From an uncultured Phaeodactylibacter sp. (GTDB taxonomy: Bacteria; Bacteroidota; Bacteroidia; Chitinophagales; Saprospiraceae), in contig CAYSPJ010000002.1 in NCBI GenBank assembly GCA_964432875.1, positions 54,473 through 118,472 of the forward strand: a stretch of DNA of 64,000 nucleotides. Direction: 5' to 3'. Positions 47,091-57,567 of this stretch are shown piece by piece (within the stretch, counting starts at the first letter, position 1; every line of letters starts with the position of its first letter). The position numbers and the translations under genes were made by a program. The notes under the pieces are model-generated. The model did no database searches and was not told the origin of the DNA. It was given only the letters and a program-made list of their open reading frames with translations.

Positions 47091-48893
47091 ATGAGCAATA
47101 ACTATCTCAGCTTGCCTAATCTGCGCTTTCTGCTAACAGAAGTACTTGACGCACCGAGCCTTAAGCAGTTGCCCCGTTACCAGGACTACGACCAGGAAGC
47201 CTTCATGCTGGCGCTGGATGCCGCCAAGCAAACCAGCGACCAATACCTTTTCCCTATTTACCGGGAGATGGATAAAGAGAAGGCGTATTACCAGGATGGC
47301 GTAGTGCATGTACACCCGGGCTTAAAGGCTGCGATCAAAGCGCTGGCCGATGGTGGCTGGATAAGCGCGCCGGACAGCTACGAACAGGGCGGGCAGCAAA
47401 TGCCGCTGACTCTGCTCAATGCCTGCCTCTCCATCTTTTATGCCGCCAACGCTAATGCGGCCTCCCATGCCTTCCTGACCCAAGGCGCGGCAAACCTCAT
47501 CCGCAGCTTTGGCGAGGACAGCCTGCAGCAAGCCTACGTGCCGCGCATGTATGCCGGCGACTGGCAGGGGACGATGGCGCTGACAGAGCCGCAGGCTGGT
47601 AGTTCGCTCACCGATATCACGACCACTGCTGTGCCATCACCGGAAGGTTACTACCACATCAAAGGGCAGAAGATCTATATCTCTGGCGGCGACCATACGG
47701 CCACGGAGAACGTCGTACACCTGATGCTGGCGCGCATCCAGGGGGCGCCGCCTGGCATCAAGGGCGTATCGCTCTTTGTGGTGCCCAAATACCGGGAAGA
47801 AGCAGGCCAGCTCGTACCCAATGATGTCACTACCGCTGGCATTTATGGCAAGATGGGCCAGAGGGGATATGTAGCGGCACACCTGATGATTGGCGAGCAG
47901 GACAACTGCCGGGGTTATCTGGTGGGCCAACCGCATCGGGGGCTCCCGCAGATGTTCCAGATGATGAACGAAGCCCGTATCGCTACCGGGCTAATGGCCG
48001 CAGGCACGGCTACAGCAGCTTATTATGCCGCGCTTCAATATGCCAATGAGCGCCCGCAGGGCCGCCACCCTTCCAGTAAAGACCCCGCCCAGCCGCCCGT
48101 CTTGATTATTGAACATGCCGATGTGCGGCGCATGTTGCTCTTCCAGAAAGCCGTGGTGGAAGGCAGCCTTTCGCTCTTGCTCCAATGCAGCTACTACGCT
48201 GACCAGGCTAAAGCATCCGAAGATAAGACGGTTGCGGAAGAAGCCCATTTACTCCTGGAGCTGCTCACCCCCATCGCCAAGTCATACCCTGCCGAAATGG
48301 GCACTTTGGCCGTCAGCGCCGGGATGCAGGTGCTTGGAGGGGCGGGCTATTGCGACGACTTCCCTTTGGAACAGTACTACCGCGACATCCGCATCAACTC
48401 GATCTATGAAGGCACGACTGCCATTCACGGCATGGATCTGCTGGGCCGCAAGGTGATGATGGCCGAGGGCAAAGCGGCTAAATTGTTCTTTAAAGAAGTT
48501 CAAAGCACCATCAAACAAGCCCTGGCAGTATCCAATCTTCAACCGGCCGCCCAGCAGCTCGCTGGCGCCGCCCAGGAATTGCACGAGACCACTTTGCATC
48601 TCATCAACCTGGCTATGCAGGAACCTCCCGAGGTTTTCCTGGCAGATGCCACACTCTACCTCGAATATTTTGGCACCGTCGCTATCGGCTGGCAGTGGCT
48701 GAAACAAGGCCTGGCCGCCGACCGTGCCTCCTCCGCGGGCAACGGAGGTGAAGACCCTGCTTTCTACCGCAGCAAACTAGCTGCCCTGCACTACTTCTTT
48801 GAGTATGAACTCCCTAAAACGATGGCTTGCCGCCAGCGCTTGCTCAGCTCCAAGCGGGTAACGCTGGAGACGCCACCAGGAGATATCCTTTGA
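47091..48893 (+). CDS. Long-form acyl-CoA dehydrogenase family protein
   Basis: 600 aa. GTMALTEPQAGSSLTDI, GGDH and IYEGTTAIHGMDLLGRK, plus a C-terminal helical extension typical of about 600-aa ACADs. Confidence 0.85.
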   Translation: MSNNYLSLPNLRFLLTEVLDAPSLKQLPRYQDYDQEAFMLALDAAKQTSDQYLFPIYREMDKEKAYYQDGVVHVHPGLKAAIKALADGGWISAPDSYEQGGQQMPLTLLNACLSIFYAANANAASHAFLTQGAANLIRSFGEDSLQQAYVPRMYAGDWQGTMALTEPQAGSSLTDITTTAVPSPEGYYHIKGQKIYISGGDHTATENVVHLMLARIQGAPPGIKGVSLFVVPKYREEAGQLVPNDVTTAGIYGKMGQRGYVAAHLMIGEQDNCRGYLVGQPHRGLPQMFQMMNEARIATGLMAAGTATAAYYAALQYANERPQGRHPSSKDPAQPPVLIIEHADVRRMLLFQKAVVEGSLSLLLQCSYYADQAKASEDKTVAEEAHLLLELLTPIAKSYPAEMGTLAVSAGMQVLGGAGYCDDFPLEQYYRDIRINSIYEGTTAIHGMDLLGRKVMMAEGKAAKLFFKEVQSTIKQALAVSNLQPAAQQLAGAAQELHETTLHLINLAMQEPPEVFLADATLYLEYFGTVAIGWQWLKQGLAADRASSAGNGGEDPAFYRSKLAALHYFFEYELPKTMACRQRLLSSKRVTLETPPGDIL

Positions 48894-48951
48894 GCAATAG
48901 TCGTTTGAAGATTCATCCCTTATTCCGTATCTTTTAAAATCATTAAAGCAA

Positions 48952-50643
48952 ATGCGTACTTCAATAGCTTTCATTATATCCGCCTGCTTAGCCATCCAGG
49001 TTAGCGCCCAAGACCGCATCACCGGGCGCAATTTTGCTACCCGCTCCGAGGTGATTGCCCAAAATGGCATGGCCTGCACTTCACAGCCGCTGGCGACCCA
49101 AATCGCGCTAGACATCCTCAAAAAGGGCGGCACAGCCGTTGATGCCGCCATTGCTGCCAACGCGGCTCTGGGGCTGATGGAGCCTACCGGTTGCGGTATC
49201 GGGGGCGACTTGTTCGCCATCGTCTGGGATGCCAACACCCAGCAATTGCATGGCCTCAACGCCAGCGGGCGTTCGCCGCAGGGGCTGACGCTCGATTACT
49301 TCAAAGAAAAGGGCTACGAGAAAATCCCTGCTCATGGCCCGTTGCCGGTGAGCGTGCCCGGCTGCGTGGATGGATGGTTTGAGCTGCACGGCAAATTTGG
49401 CAAGCTCAGCATGGCGGAAATATTGGCACCTGCTATCCAATACGCTGAAAAGGGCTTCCCGGTCAGCGAGCTGATTGCTTACTACTTTGGGCGGGGAGTA
49501 CCTTTTTACCTCTCGAGAGGCTTCCCCAATGTGCAGGAAACTTACACTATTAATGGTGCGCCCCCCAGCAAAGGGGATGTTTTCAAAAACCCTCAACTGG
49601 CTAGCACCTATCGCAAGCTCGCTGAGGGCGGCAGAGCGGCCTTCTATCAAGGGGATATCGCCCGCACGATCGCGGGTTTCATCCAGGAGCAAGGAGGCTT
49701 CCTGGCTTATGAAGATCTAGCCCGGCATACTTCGGAATGGATTGCACCAGTTTCCGTCAATTACCGCGGATACGACGTCTGGGAATTGCCGCCCAACGGC
49801 CAGGGCATCGCCGCCCTGCAGATGCTGAATATCCTGGAAGGCTATGATATTGCCGCCATGGGTTTTGGCAGTGCCGCTTATATCCACCACTTTGTGGAAG
49901 CGAAGAAGCTGGTTTTTGAAGACCGGGCTAAATACTATGCCGACATGGCCTTCTCCAAGGTGCCGGTTGAAGCACTGCTTTCTAAAACGTATGCTGCTGA
50001 ACGCCGCAAGCTCATCAACAGCGGGCGCGCCGCCCGTTATCAAGCCGGGAAAATCACCGCTGGCGAGACGACCTATCTGACCGTAGCCGATCAGTATGGC
50101 AATATGATTTCCCTCATCCAAAGCAACTATCGCGGCATGGGCTCCGGCATGGTCCCTCCAGGCCTAGGGTTTATGCTGCAAGATCGCGGCGAGCTGTTCT
50201 CCCTCATCGAGGGGCAGGCGAACACCTATGCGCCGGGTAAGCGGCCTTTTCACACCATCATCCCGGCTTTTATCACCAAAGACGGTAAGCCATATCTGAG
50301 CTATGGCGTCATGGGGGGAGATTTCCAACCATTGGGGCATGTGCAAGTCGCCATCAACCTCATCGACTTTGGCATGAATATCCAGGAAGCCGGCGATGCG
50401 CCGCGCATTGACCATGCGGGCTCTTCCGACCCGACCGGCGACACGGTTGACCATACGGGCCAAATCATGCTGGAATCGGGCTTTGAGTATGAAACTATCC
50501 GCGAGCTGATGAACAAAGGCCATAAAGTGGGCTTCGCGAATGGGACCTATGGCGGCTATCAGGCCATCCGCTTCGATGCTGATAAAGGCGTCTATTACGG
50601 TGCCTCTGAGGGCAGGAAGGATGGGCAAGCAGGCGGGTACTAG
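48952..50643 (+). CDS. ggt: Gamma-glutamyltransferase
   Basis: Signal peptide, GGTAVDAAIA, the autoprocessing/nucleophile context GETTYLTVADQYGNMIS, and MGGDFQP. Confidence 0.92.
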   Translation: MRTSIAFIISACLAIQVSAQDRITGRNFATRSEVIAQNGMACTSQPLATQIALDILKKGGTAVDAAIAANAALGLMEPTGCGIGGDLFAIVWDANTQQLHGLNASGRSPQGLTLDYFKEKGYEKIPAHGPLPVSVPGCVDGWFELHGKFGKLSMAEILAPAIQYAEKGFPVSELIAYYFGRGVPFYLSRGFPNVQETYTINGAPPSKGDVFKNPQLASTYRKLAEGGRAAFYQGDIARTIAGFIQEQGGFLAYEDLARHTSEWIAPVSVNYRGYDVWELPPNGQGIAALQMLNILEGYDIAAMGFGSAAYIHHFVEAKKLVFEDRAKYYADMAFSKVPVEALLSKTYAAERRKLINSGRAARYQAGKITAGETTYLTVADQYGNMISLIQSNYRGMGSGMVPPGLGFMLQDRGELFSLIEGQANTYAPGKRPFHTIIPAFITKDGKPYLSYGVMGGDFQPLGHVQVAINLIDFGMNIQEAGDAPRIDHAGSSDPTGDTVDHTGQIMLESGFEYETIRELMNKGHKVGFANGTYGGYQAIRFDADKGVYYGASEGRKDGQAGGY

Positions 50644-50743
50644 TGTTCGATCCCCCTGGCTTATGAGTGCCAGAGAGCTCCGTTAGCCTCCTTCGATCAC
50701 TAAAAAAGCGCTACCTTTGTACTCTCATCCACAAACAGACATC

Positions 50744-51634
50744 ATGATACACACGCTCGACCTTAACTTTCTGGACCTAACCGACACTATCGCCTGCTTT
50801 CTAATCGAGACAGAAGATGGCCCGGCTCTGATTGAAACGGGCCCCTATTCTACTTTTGAGCATTTGAATACAGCCGTAGCTGCCAAGGGGTATGCGTTAG
50901 AAGATATCCGTCACGTCTTTGTCACCCATATCCATTTGGATCATGCCGGCTCGGCCTGGGCGCTGGCCGAGCACGGGGCAGCCATCCACCTGCACCCATT
51001 TGGAGTGGCGCACCTGCAAGACCCCTCCAAGCTACTGGCTTCCGCCACCCGTATCTATGGCGATGACATGGACCGCCTGTGGGGTACGCTTAAACCCATC
51101 CCTGCAAGTCAGTTGCTGCCAACCGATCATGGGGCTTCGGTCACAGTGGGCGGGGTAGTATTCAAGGCTTGGCATACGCCCGGACATGCTGTCCACCACA
51201 TTGCCTGGCAGATCGGCAACAACTTATTTACCGGCGATGCCGGGGGGGTGAAAATCGAAAACGGGCCGGTAATGCCGCCTTGCCCTCCCCCGGATATCAA
51301 TATCGCAGACTGGTTAAAGACTCTAGCCCTAATCCGCAGCCTCAAGCCTGAACAGCTTTATCTGACCCATTACGGCACCATCCCCTCCGGGCAAATCGAC
51401 GCTCACCTCGACGAGCTGCAAGCCGGGCTTCAAGATTGGGCCAATTGGATGCGCCCCCACTACGAAGCTAAGGCTAAAGCGGAGGATATCACGCCGCTCT
51501 TCCAGGCATACGTACAAGGGCAGCTCCTGGCTAAAGGCTTGGACGAGGATCAGCTGGAGCGCTATGAAAACGCCAACCCTTCCTGGATGAGCGTGGCCGG
51601 GCTGCTGCGCTACTGGCACAAGGCTTTGGGTTGA
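50744..51634 (+). CDS. MBL-fold metallo-hydrolase
   Basis: THIHLDHAG (HxHxDH) and a downstream HTPGH. ATG at 50744 is preferred over the TTG at 50717. Confidence 0.85.
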   Translation: MIHTLDLNFLDLTDTIACFLIETEDGPALIETGPYSTFEHLNTAVAAKGYALEDIRHVFVTHIHLDHAGSAWALAEHGAAIHLHPFGVAHLQDPSKLLASATRIYGDDMDRLWGTLKPIPASQLLPTDHGASVTVGGVVFKAWHTPGHAVHHIAWQIGNNLFTGDAGGVKIENGPVMPPCPPPDINIADWLKTLALIRSLKPEQLYLTHYGTIPSGQIDAHLDELQAGLQDWANWMRPHYEAKAKAEDITPLFQAYVQGQLLAKGLDEDQLERYENANPSWMSVAGLLRYWHKALG

Positions 51635-51640
51635 AAACTT

Positions 51641-51674
51641 GTTCAGATTTTAGCATCAAAAACAAAATCTGAAC
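51641..51674 (+). terminator. Hairpin (11-bp perfect stem) just after the MBL gene
   Basis: GTTCAGATTTT (51641-51651) pairs with AAAATCTGAAC (51664-51674). There is no downstream U-tract. Confidence 0.45.
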
Positions 51675-51762
51675 TAGCTGTAAATGTCGTGCTGGAGGTT
51701 ACCTCAAAAGGAGGAAAATGTGGAAAGGGGGAAATTGCCCTCCCTGGTTTATGAGGCAGCCT

Positions 51763-51800
51763 AAAAAAAGCGGCGGGTATCATGCCCGCCGCTTTTTTTT
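51763..51800. terminator. Bidirectional intrinsic terminator
   Basis: A7, then GCGGCGGG (51770-51777), a loop, CCCGCCGC (51785-51792), then T8. It lies between convergent genes. Confidence 0.8.
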
Positions 51801-51826
51801 GTTCCTAAGGAAAGCTGCTTTTTTGC

Positions 51827-52072
51827 TCAGGAAGCTGGCACCAAGCGCTTTCCAGCTTCGAGGAGCTTTTTGAGCATATAGATGTCCGGGAGCGTGATGG
51901 CCGCTTCTTCGGACTCCATCCTATCTTCATACTCTTCGATATTGTAACTCGCCGCTGATTTGGCCCGGCCGGGCCCATCTGGCGTAGCAACGATGCTCAA
52001 AAAGGTGTAGGCGGAAATGCTGGCTATAGCCAGCAAGCAAAACATTAAGATACGGGCAGGTTTGTTTTTCAT
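51827..52072 (-). CDS. Hypothetical small membrane-anchored protein
   Basis: MKNKPARILMFCLLAIASISAYTFLSIV is an N-terminal TM segment or signal, followed by an acidic tail. No family recognised. Confidence 0.4.
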   Translation of the reverse strand: MKNKPARILMFCLLAIASISAYTFLSIVATPDGPGRAKSAASYNIEEYEDRMESEEAAITLPDIYMLKKLLEAGKRLVPAS

Positions 52073-52312
52073 CGGATGATCTTTTAAAAATCGGATAAAT
52101 TTAAGGCTTTTTTGCCAAACTGCAAACATTTGTCGGCCAATATCATGCTTCTTCTGGCCAGCAGTCTATGATAGAGACGGGGTGCTGGAAAAAAAGGTTG
52201 CAAAAACTAGTAAGTTTTTAATTTTATTTTCCTTATTTTTGAACGATGGGTTCAAAGCCCTTCACTAATATCGTCAACTTGCTTTTTTAACCTTAACAAA
52301 TATTGTGACAGT

Positions 52313-54043
52313 ATGAAAAATCATTACACGCTAACTTCAGCAGTGATGGCATTTTTTGCAATCCTGCTGACCGCACTGCCAGGCCAGGCGCAAATCCCCA
52401 TCGATTCCCCCATCCCAGTGGATTTCTTTGTCGAAGTGCCTGCCACCGGCTTCAACCGCCAGTATGACTATGGCTCCGTTTCCAACTCTGTCGAATGGGG
52501 CGTACAGCCGGTTCGGGAGACCGTCTCGGGCGAAGTCGTCTGGGTCAGAGACGACGGTATGGCTGGTATCGGCCCGGACTCTCTGGGTTGTGAAGCATCT
52601 ACAGTATCAGACTACACGGGCAAAATCGCATTAGTCCGCCGCGGCGGCTGCTTCTTTAGCGACAAGGCCTACTACGCCGTGCAAGCTGGAGCTATCGGTG
52701 TAATTGTCGTAAACAATGCTGCGGGCTTGATTAACATGGCGGCGGGGGACGAAAAAGCCCTTGCCGTGGATGTCCCAGTCGTGTCTATCGACATTGAAGA
52801 CGGCGCGCAATTTATCCCACTTCTGGATGCTGGCCAGACCGTTGTTGCGACCTTCCAGGTCAGGAGCTTCTTTGGGGCGATTGGGCCGTATGCCTATAGC
52901 ACCCCTCTGAGCCAAATCATCCCTTTGGATGCCATCCAGGTAGATTTGCTCAATTTGGACTCGGCTAACCCGCTGGAATCGGTTTCAGCCAAGGTAGACA
53001 TTATGGCCCCCAGCGGTGCTACCACGACCTTGGAAGCTACGGCAGACCTCATTGCGCCCAATGAAACCTTCACCTATGAGTTTGGTGACTACCTCCCTGC
53101 TGAAGTCGGGAACTACCAGATGGTATTTACCAACTCAAATTCTGAAGATACACTCCGCCGGAGCTTTGAAATCTCCGATTATATTTTCCAAATGGACAAC
53201 GGCAATATACCAGAATGGCCAGTGGACAGTTGGATTGCTCCTACCGACGAGACTTTCCTCAACAATTTCCTGGTGTATGAATTTGGCAATCTTTACCGCA
53301 CCGGGGAAAGCGCAGGGGTAGCTACCCATGCTTCCTTTTCCATCGGCAACCCGGATGTCCTCTACACTGGAGACCAAAGCGCTGACGTTTTCTATCTAAC
53401 CCTCTTCGATGCCGACCCGGATAATACGGGCCAAGAGCCTGATGGGACAACCGATAGTTATGCTGGTTTCCAGGTCGTTGCCACCGCCCCTTATATTTTG
53501 ACGGGCGAGGAGCAGCCCTACGACATCCTCCTCGCAGAATTCCCCGAGCCAGTCAACCTCAAGCCCAATGGCTATTACCTGCTGATGGCACAATATGATG
53601 GCGTCAATGCTGCTTTGGGCACTCCGCCCTGGTATACCTACGCCGGGCAAGAACCCTATCCGGGCATCGGCTCAGTAGTATTTACCGATCGCCTTTACAT
53701 GGGCGGATGGGCTGGCGGTTACCTCGCAGTGGTTCGTTTATACACCGAAGGCTTCACGCCAGTTAATACCAAGTTTACCCCACTCAGCCCGGGTCAGGCT
53801 CGCCTCATGCCCAATCCTGCGAAGGACTACATCAGCCTGCAACTGGAGCTGGACAATGTGGCAGAGCAGATGCAAGTGCGCATCGTTGACCTGACGGGCA
53901 GGGTATTCTTGCGCCAAGCCTTTGATAAAGTGCAAAACGATATTTTCACTTTCGATACCAGCAGTTTCCCAGCCGGGGCTTACTTTATGGTAATCAATAC
54001 GCCGCAAGGCTACCAGGCAAAAAAATTCTTGCTCTCCAGATAA
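52313..54043 (+). CDS. PA-domain protein with T9SS type-A C-terminal sorting domain
   Basis: Signal peptide. PA domain: GKIALVRRGGCFFSDKAYYAVQAGAIGVIVVNN. C-terminal part: RLMPNPAKDYISLQL...VRIVDLTGRV...AGAYFMVINTPQG (T9SS CTD pattern). Confidence 0.75.
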   Translation: MKNHYTLTSAVMAFFAILLTALPGQAQIPIDSPIPVDFFVEVPATGFNRQYDYGSVSNSVEWGVQPVRETVSGEVVWVRDDGMAGIGPDSLGCEASTVSDYTGKIALVRRGGCFFSDKAYYAVQAGAIGVIVVNNAAGLINMAAGDEKALAVDVPVVSIDIEDGAQFIPLLDAGQTVVATFQVRSFFGAIGPYAYSTPLSQIIPLDAIQVDLLNLDSANPLESVSAKVDIMAPSGATTTLEATADLIAPNETFTYEFGDYLPAEVGNYQMVFTNSNSEDTLRRSFEISDYIFQMDNGNIPEWPVDSWIAPTDETFLNNFLVYEFGNLYRTGESAGVATHASFSIGNPDVLYTGDQSADVFYLTLFDADPDNTGQEPDGTTDSYAGFQVVATAPYILTGEEQPYDILLAEFPEPVNLKPNGYYLLMAQYDGVNAALGTPPWYTYAGQEPYPGIGSVVFTDRLYMGGWAGGYLAVVRLYTEGFTPVNTKFTPLSPGQARLMPNPAKDYISLQLELDNVAEQMQVRIVDLTGRVFLRQAFDKVQNDIFTFDTSSFPAGAYFMVINTPQGYQAKKFLLSR

Positions 54044-54058
54044 TCGATCGGCAAGCAA

Positions 54059-54098
54059 AGCCTCCTGTTCCGGGATTGCCCGAAGCAGGGGGCTTTTT
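54059..54098 (+). terminator. Intrinsic terminator after the T9SS cargo gene
   Basis: A 16-bp stem (54059-54074 pairing with 54079-54094; 2 G-U pairs and 1 mismatch), loop ATTG, then T5. Confidence 0.65.
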
Positions 54099-54288
54099 CA
54101 TTATGCGCTTGCCGCTTGTGGCCCCTGGCTTGAAAAAAGGTGGAACTTTTTAGGTTTGTTCGTTGTACAATAAGAGAATTCGGTGTTATATGTCTAGATT
54201 TAAACCGAGTTTACAAAAAAGGGTAACTTTCTAACTTAATAACCGTATCTTACGGCGGTAGAAGAGCCTGCAAAATTAATGCTTGATT

Positions 54289-55155
54289 ATGCGCCAACTC
54301 AAGATTGCGAATAAGATTACCGCCAGGGAAAGCCTGGCATTGGACAAGTACCTCAACGACATCAGCAAGATCCCAATGCTGACGCCGGAAGACGAGGCCG
54401 AGCTGGCAAGGCGCATCCGCAAGGGAGATCAAGAAGCACTGGACAAACTGACCCGTTCCAACCTGCGCTTCGTGGTTTCCGTAGCCAAACAGTACCAAAA
54501 CCAAGGGCTATCCCTCAGCGACCTCATCAACGAGGGCAATGTAGGCCTGATGAAGGCCGCCCGCCGCTTTGACGAGACCAAGGGCTTCAAATTTATCTCT
54601 TATGCGGTCTGGTGGATCCGGCAATCCATCCTTCAGGCTATTGTCGAATACTCGCGTATCGTACGGCTGCCGCTCAACAAAGTGGGGTCTTATAATAAGG
54701 TGAACGAAGCATTCCTGGCCTTCGTCCAGGAATTTGAACGCGAGCCGAGCAACGAAGAATTAGCCGACTTACTGGATATCCCGCCCAAGGAAATCGCCAA
54801 TATGCTCCGGGGCAGCAGCCGCCATGTCTCCGTAGATGCCCCGATGAACGGCGAAGATGGAGACTTGACCATGCTCGACCTCATCTCTGGCGATGCCAAC
54901 AGCATGCCCGACGTGGAGCTCATGGAGCAGTCGTTGCGCGAAGAAGTGCAGCAAGGCTTGTCGGTCTTATCGCCTCGCGAAGTACAGGTGCTTTCTTCCT
55001 ACTACGGGCTTAACGGCCAAAAAGCCCTGACCCTGGAAGAAATCGGCGAGCTCTACGACCTGACGCGCGAACGCGTGCGCCAAATCAAAGAGCGCGCGAT
55101 CCGGCGCCTGCGCAAATCATACAACCGCAACGCGCTAAGGGCCTATTTGGGATAA
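54289..55155 (+). CDS. rpoD: Primary RNA polymerase sigma factor (Bacteroidota short RpoD/SigA)
   Basis: Region 2: [12 protein letters not shown]...[37 protein letters not shown]. Region 4.2: [31 protein letters not shown] at 54289. Confidence 0.92.
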   Translation: MRQLKIANKITARESLALDKYLNDISKIPMLTPEDEAELARRIRKGDQEALDKLTRSNLRFVVSVAKQYQNQGLSLSDLINEGNVGLMKAARRFDETKGFKFISYAVWWIRQSILQAIVEYSRIVRLPLNKVGSYNKVNEAFLAFVQEFEREPSNEELADLLDIPPKEIANMLRGSSRHVSVDAPMNGEDGDLTMLDLISGDANSMPDVELMEQSLREEVQQGLSVLSPREVQVLSSYYGLNGQKALTLEEIGELYDLTRERVRQIKERAIRRLRKSYNRNALRAYLG

Positions 55156-55258
55156 GCACAAATTGCGCTATCAACGGAGTGGGAAAGCCCGGCGGCATGC
55201 CAATCTTCCCCCTCCGTTGCCTCCACCGCCTTCCTGTATTTGCTTATCTTTACACCTG

Positions 55259-56347
55259 ATGAAAACGCGGCAAACCCTCTTAGCGTTCCTATTCCTGATA
55301 ACGATGGCTTGTCGGCAAAATCAGCCGGAGCAAAAGCATGCTGCCATGTTTGAGGAGAAGCCGAGCTTGGTAGTACGCCTACCTAATTTCCAACTGCTAG
55401 AAGCAGCCGGAGAAAACGCCCGCCCAATTTGCCCACTGCCGCCAGGCACCATCGTCTATAGCTTGGGAGAGGCCAGCAGTTTTACTACCCGCTTACAAAT
55501 TGCAGGCCAGGTGTATGAGGAGCCCTGGCTGCTAGTAGAAATGGGAAACGGGGCCCAGGGCTGGGTTTATGCTGCCGCTTTTGCAAGCACTGAAACGCAA
55601 ATAGGAAAGAGCGATGCTATCCCCCTGCACTTGAGGCTGGATGCTCTACTGGGCAGTGCGCTGAATGCTCAGCTCGCTGCATACCTGGAAGGCTTTGAAA
55701 GCATGCGCAGCGCCGAAGACCTGGCGCAAAACCTCGAGCATGGGCATCGATTGAGAGATTCCATTACCGCCGTTTTAGCTCAAAAAGGGGTGAGCTGCCA
55801 GAGCTTGCTCTGGTTAAAAGAGGCGATCCCAACCATGGCGCCTCATTTAGGCCGCGAGGCTAAAAACTGTCATCTTTTCCTCGACTACCGTAGCTACCTG
55901 GCTAAAGCCGCCTCTATGCCTGGCAAAAAAGCCTGCCAATTGATGGAGATTTACCTGGCTACATTCCCGGAAGATAGCATCGAATACTTCTTCCCTTCCT
56001 GGGTCATACAAGATGGCTTGGGCCAACAACATAGCCTGCTCGGCAAAGGGATCCATTACCAGATGTTCGAAAAGCTGGAACCGCTTTCCACCGAAGCAGG
56101 TTTCCCCCAAGGAGAACTCCAGCGCTTGCGCAAAGCTTTGCTCAACGATATCCTCGATCATAGTGTTACCTTTTGGGAAAGCCAGGAAAAGGCAGCAGCC
56201 GAGCTAGGGCAGATAGTAGAAAAAGATTTTAAGCTGTTGGATAAGCGGGAAAAGATAGCCCTGCAAGCTCGCTTGCAGCACTTTGAAAACCCGGAACAAT
56301 ATCGAATACAGTTCGGCCACCGGTCGGGCATTTACCAATTAGAATAA
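55259..56347 (+). CDS. Hypothetical lipoprotein with SH3b-like segment
   Basis: ATG at 55259 gives MKTRQTLLAFLFLITMAC (lipobox). GTIVYSLGE...EPWLLVEMGNGAQGWVYAAAF looks like bacterial SH3. The rest is helical and unassigned. Confidence 0.5.
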   Translation: MKTRQTLLAFLFLITMACRQNQPEQKHAAMFEEKPSLVVRLPNFQLLEAAGENARPICPLPPGTIVYSLGEASSFTTRLQIAGQVYEEPWLLVEMGNGAQGWVYAAAFASTETQIGKSDAIPLHLRLDALLGSALNAQLAAYLEGFESMRSAEDLAQNLEHGHRLRDSITAVLAQKGVSCQSLLWLKEAIPTMAPHLGREAKNCHLFLDYRSYLAKAASMPGKKACQLMEIYLATFPEDSIEYFFPSWVIQDGLGQQHSLLGKGIHYQMFEKLEPLSTEAGFPQGELQRLRKALLNDILDHSVTFWESQEKAAAELGQIVEKDFKLLDKREKIALQARLQHFENPEQYRIQFGHRSGIYQLE

Positions 56348-56355
56348 TTAGCTAT

Positions 56356-57024
56356 ATGGCAGTATTTGCATTGCTTACCCTATTGCTGGCCGTAGCCGGC
56401 GCTGTATTGTTGGCAAAAGTGTTTTCCAACTTTCAACCCGGCAAGCGCAGGATTCAGGAAGACCTCCAACAGATGAAGGCGGACATGGACAAATGGGCAC
56501 CAAGCTTGGTGCCGCTGACCAAGGAAGAAGTAGAGCTGTTTTCCTTTAACCAGGAAAAACATGTAGCACGTAAAGGGCTTACCAAAACTGCCAAGGGCGT
56601 CTTCACCTCTATTTATCACGAGCCTCTGCTGGCATACAGTTATAAAGAGTACCTCGGCAGCGGCCGCCATGCCCTGCTTTATGCCCGCACCAAACACCGC
56701 GAGTACGTCTACCGCTTCAAAAAAGAAGAGGTAGAGCTCTCGGTCAATGGGCAGCCAATGGGGGTGATGAAAGGAAACAACACTTTATACGGCGGCCGTA
56801 ACAACCGCATCTTAGCACAGATCAACCGGGAAGCCGGCGAGTTGCAGCCAGTCAACATCAATAAGCGCGAAGTAGCCAGCCTCGCGATTATGGATAAAGG
56901 CGCCAGCGCCAGGCTAGGCCAGCGCGCTTTTGAATTTGTCAAAGATGACATGAGCCAGGAAGAAAGGGAAGTCTTCCTCTCCCTGGCTGCCCTGGAGGTC
57001 ATTGAGCAGTCGCTGAGCCGCTAA
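56356..57024 (+). CDS. Hypothetical membrane-anchored protein
   Basis: N-terminal TM segment MAVFALLTLLLAVAGAVLLA. It starts 9 nt after the preceding gene. No family recognised. Confidence 0.45.
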   Translation: MAVFALLTLLLAVAGAVLLAKVFSNFQPGKRRIQEDLQQMKADMDKWAPSLVPLTKEEVELFSFNQEKHVARKGLTKTAKGVFTSIYHEPLLAYSYKEYLGSGRHALLYARTKHREYVYRFKKEEVELSVNGQPMGVMKGNNTLYGGRNNRILAQINREAGELQPVNINKREVASLAIMDKGASARLGQRAFEFVKDDMSQEEREVFLSLAALEVIEQSLSR

Positions 57025-57143
57025 AATATTTGCCAGGCTGGATTAATGTGCTATCTTTGTCGACCGTTGCGCGCCTGAAACCTTTTCACGAAAGAACTGT
57101 TTAGGTTTTGGTTTTACATTTACATTGGCTTAAAAGCTCAAAT

Positions 57144-57566
57144 ATGGACCTGTCCAAAAAAGCGAATTTGATTATTTACCGCTTGCGCGAAAAGGGTTTA
57201 GAAATATTTCTGGTCAACTCTGATGACCAGGGAGAAAACTGGGAAATCCCCCAAGGCAAGCTCTTGGGCGAGCCCTCCCAGGTACTCCTCCAGGATGACC
57301 GCCTGATCGAACTCGATCCGGTGGAGCAGGAAAGCGGCTCTTTTGAAGAGGCCTGGGCAGTAGAAGGCGACTGGCACGAAATACCATCGCTTAAAGGCAT
57401 GTTGTACGAAGATGCCAAGTTCCTCAAAGATAAATTCAAAGAAATAGAGAAAGGCGGTTTTTTTGCCGTGAAAGAGGCGCTAAAAAAAGTGTTGCCTCAT
57501 CAATATAAGTTCCTCAAAGAGCTCAAAGATATCCTCACCGACCGCAATTCCGTGAAGGATTTATAA
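57144..57566 (+). CDS. Hypothetical protein (possible degenerate Nudix-like fold)
   Basis: LIIYRLREKGLEIFLV...WEIPQGK resembles the start of a Nudix fold, but no Nudix box (GX5EX7REUXEEXGU) follows. The call is weak. Confidence 0.4.
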   Translation: MDLSKKANLIIYRLREKGLEIFLVNSDDQGENWEIPQGKLLGEPSQVLLQDDRLIELDPVEQESGSFEEAWAVEGDWHEIPSLKGMLYEDAKFLKDKFKEIEKGGFFAVKEALKKVLPHQYKFLKELKDILTDRNSVKDL

Positions 57567-57567
57567 T

